NCBI RefSeq assembly: GCF_016432865.1
Contig: NC_067398.1
Coordinates: forward strand, 680,264,001-680,328,000
Source: Antechinus flavipes
Lineage: Eukaryota
Direction: 5' to 3'
Length of the DNA stretch: 64,000 nt
Positions 61,701-64,000 of the stretch are shown piece by piece (the stretch's first letter is position 1; each line of letters begins with the position of its first letter). A program made the position numbers and the translations under genes. The notes below the pieces were generated by a model, which worked only from the letters and a program-made list of their open reading frames with translations, made no database searches and had not been told where the DNA came from.

Positions 61701-63166
61701 TCCTGGGCTTATACCCCAAAGAGATACTAAAGAAGGGAAAGGGACCTGTATGTGCATGAATGTTTGTGGCAGCCCTGTTTGTAGTGGCTAGAAACTGGAA
61801 ATTGAATGGATGCCCATCAAGTGGAGAATGGCTGGGTAAATTGTGGTATATGAATGTTATGGAATATTATTGTTCTATAAGGAATGACCAGCAGGATGAA
61901 TACAGAGAGGCTTGGAGAGACTTACATGAACTGATGCTGAGGGAAATGAGCAGAACCAGGAGATCATTATATACCTCAACAATGATACTGTAGGAGGATG
62001 TATTCTGATGGAAGTGGATTTCTTTGACAAAGAGAAGATCTAACTCAGTTTCAATTGATGAATGATAGACAGAAGTAGCTAAACCCAAAGAAAGAACACT
62101 GGGAAATGAATGTAAACTGTTTTCATGTTTGTTTTTTTTCTTCCCAGGCTATTTTTATTTTCTGAATCCAAGTCTTCCTGTGCAACAAGAGAACTGTTCG
62201 GTTCTGCACACATATATTGTATCTAGGATATACTGTGACCTATTTAACATGTAAAGGACTGCTTGCCATCTAGGGGAGGGGGTGGAGGGAGGGAGGGGAA
62301 AAATCGGAACAGAAGCGAGTGCAAGGGATAATGTTGTAAAAAATTACCCATGCATATGTACTGTCAATAAAAAGTTATAATTATTAAAAAAAAAGTTTGT
62401 AGATGACATAGAACTAAGAATTAGATAAGAAGAATTAATATACTGTAAGAACACCGAGCTAAACCTGAAAAGATGAAATTCAATATGGACAAATGCAAAA
62501 TCTTAGATTTGGGTTTAAAAAATCAACTTCAAAAGCATAGGATGAAGGGAGTCAAGGCTCAATTGAAGTTTGAGGAGGAAAAAATCTGAAAGTTTTTAGT
62601 AAACTCAATATAAGGTAGTCATTGAGTGGTAGGGGGGAAAAAAACAACTAATGGGATTCTGGGGAAAAAGTCAAGAGAATTAGGAAGGTGACAGAAAGTG
62701 TGGAACAAGGACAGAAAGTTATGTTTGGAGTTGGATTCCAGTTCAGCCTTTAATATAGGTTAGCTGAGTAACCCTGGGCAAAGCATTAAATCTGTACTTG
62801 TTTTAAGCGATCCTCTGTGAGTACAAGTTAAAGAGAAGGTTCTGACCAGCACCGAGAGGAGTCCTCCTGGGGGCTCTCTATCCCTACGAAGTCACGGATC
62901 CAGAACAATCTTCTATAGCACCCCACAATAAGGCTCTATAGCAAAAAACGCTGCCTGACCACGACGCAGAGAGGGGTAAGGGAGGGGGCGGTCAATAGCT
63001 CTCGAGACTAAAAGTCTGCGGGTAGCTGGTGAAGGGGATTCTTATTCAGCCTCTAGATTCCATTTCCAAAGCTCCTTCCCACTCCCGACACAGGCCCCGG
63101 GAAAAACAATTGCACCCGCCCCAGGCCCCAAGCACTGACCCGAAAAACCTCCAGCTTCACCCCCAT
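52797..63166 (-). CDS. PET100: PET100 cytochrome c oxidase chaperone, 4 exons, 74 aa
   Basis: Exons 63140-63166, 53905-53991, 53304-53336, 52797-52874: MGVKLEVFR|MVLYLTFPVAMFWVSNQADYFEEYVVQRK|REIFPPEREDQ|RRELEDFKERMRKQREERLLRTAQQ*. All phase 0, GT-AG. Confidence 0.95.
56226..57173 (-). mobile_element. Probable solo LTR
   Basis: TG...CA ends, internal GGTCAGGGA repeats, LTR-like composition, interrupts L2-like sequence; no clear TSD. Confidence 0.45.
57375..59210 (+). mobile_element. Old L1 5'UTR/ORF1 remnant interrupted by an LTR
   Basis: ORF1-like ENLKIIGLFESHDQKKSLDNILQEIIKENCP at 59008-59200. Confidence 0.7.
57960..58662 (-). mobile_element. Probable solo LTR
   Basis: Begins with TG on + and ends in CA-like CCAATA; minus-strand AATAAA near 58080; splits the old L1; no clear TSD. 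Confidence 0.55.
59614..59805. mobile_element. 192-bp hAT MITE, probably OC1 (OposCharlie1)-derived
   Basis: 16-bp TIRs CAGGGGTCCTCAAACT / AGTTTGAGGATCCCTG (1 mismatch); 8-bp hAT-type target GTCTATAG on the right (59806-59813) and imperfect GTCTATGCG on the left; CpGs retained; inserted in an old L1 3'UTR. Family name is from memory. Confidence 0.85.
60124..60855 (-). mobile_element. 5'-truncated L1, antisense inside an old L1 3'UTR
   Basis: Poly(T) on +, minus-strand ORF2 tail MLLLGLYPKEILKKGKG...; TSD ATCTGATTTTT at 60113-60123 and 60859-60869. Confidence 0.85.
61391..62392 (+). mobile_element. 5'-truncated L1 (about 1.0 kb)
   Basis: ORF2 C-terminal region, 3'UTR and A-tail; 16-bp TSD AAGTTTGTAGATGACA at 61375-61390 and 62393-62408. 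Confidence 0.92.
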
Positions 63167-63478
63167 CCTGTCGGGTCCGACGGCTGCTTCCGCCAGTCTC
63201 TGAAACCACATCCGCCCAAAGCCAAACTCCGCAGCAAGATGTGTGATCATTGGTTAGAACCCAAGGCTGGATGCTGGAGCCTATTGGCCCTAGAGGTCCA
63301 AAGCGGAAGCAAGAGGAGGTGGTGTCCCGCCTCTTCTCCTAGTCCAGAGCAGGCGGAAGTTGTTTTGAGGAAGGGCACGGAAGTGGGTTGCAGCTGGCCA
63401 ATGAGGAACAGCGCTAGGACGGATGGAGGCGGGATCACAGTGTTAAGGCTAGTGACTACAGCCCGGGAAGAAGCGGGG
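63167..63478. promoter_or_regulatory. Bidirectional PET100/XAB2 promoter (within a CpG-rich region about 62830-63720)
   Basis: 312 bp between divergent ATGs; CCAAT boxes at 63249-63253, 63283-63287 (both ATTGG) and 63398-63402; ETS/GABPA-type CGGAAG at 63304, 63354 and 63378. Confidence 0.85.
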
Positions 63479-63553
63479 ATGCCCGAGATCGGGGATGCAG
63501 TCCCAGCTGAGGCAAAGCTGAAGACTAGACCTGAGAGACCCGACCTCTTCTTC
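63479..63553 (+). CDS. XAB2: XAB2 (SYF1 splicing factor) coding exon 1; gene continues beyond the window
   Basis: MPEIGDAVPAEAKLKTRPERPDLFF|GTGAGT; RPERPDLxF matches the end of human XAB2 exon 1; head-to-head with PET100 as in human. Confidence 0.85.
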
Positions 63554-64000
63554 GTGAGTACGAGCGGGAGGAGCGCACAGACGCTGTGTGCTCCACGAGG
63601 CGGCGGGCGGGCTCGGAAACCTAGGATGGGGAGCCAGCCCGACGGAGGCAAGGAGTGCGCAGGCGCGGCTCCGGGAGCCTAGGCGAGAGTGCGAGCGCGT
63701 GAAAAAGCCTCCGCTAACCTGGGAATGGGCGAGGTGGAGGCTTCTATCATCTGGGCGCTTTTCTCTGGTGCATTTCTTGAGACAAAGCGGAGCGGGGCTC
63801 AGGGTGAACCCTAGGAAACCACTGTAACTTCTTGAGCGAAGCCGAGAAAAAGATCAGGACCTTAAAGAGCTCCCCAGGTGCTGAGATCTGCTCAGAAATC
63901 CCCAGTAAACCGCAGACTCTTTTGCGTGGTATTCCAGGCTTGCCACAATGTAGCCTCTTTCCAAATGTGTTATTCCCCTCTTGAGACACAGGGCTGCCAA

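Larger units (their letters stand above)
59240..62600 (+). mobile_element. Ancient CR1/L3 RT fragment split by younger insertions (pieces about 59240-59420, 61200-61390, 62393-62600)
   Basis: Translated remnants QFSFIKDRPCKTNFISFSERV, MLIKFVDD and KMKFNMDKCKILDLG match the CR1 RT motifs QHGF..RSC.TNLISF, IKFADD and MKFN..KCKVLHLG. Confidence 0.7.

Noticed and set aside
63029-63682. 217-aa plus-strand ORF
   Set aside because: GTG start, spans the GC-rich bidirectional promoter; only 63479-63553 is XAB2 exon 1.

Overview
Marsupial (probably dasyurid, inferred from WSINE1-like SINEs, marsupial-type L1/RTE and an OC1-like hAT MITE) genomic DNA syntenic with human 19p13.2, in inverted orientation. 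Six spliced genes were reconstructed by hand with GT-AG junctions and consistent phases: MCEMP1 (-, 7 coding exons, 191 aa), RETN (-, 3 coding exons, 109 aa), STXBP2 (-, 19 exons, 594 aa), PCP2 (+, 4 exons, 126 aa), PET100 (-, 4 exons, 74 aa) and exon 1 of XAB2 (+), which shares a bidirectional promoter with PET100. The rest is mostly transposons: a TSD-flanked full-length L1 (intact ORF1, dead ORF2, 141-N gap), nested 5'-truncated L1s, CR1/L3, RTE, solo LTRs, hAT MITEs and SINEs. I found no convincing new multi-gene system. The best leads are MCEMP1 signalling motifs and CD23-like exon architecture, an OC1-like MITE, recurrent L1 target and truncation sites, an ORF0-like antisense L1 ORF, a templated-insertion hairpin and candidate upstream PCP2 exons. 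Gene and repeat names come from recalled sequences, not database searches.
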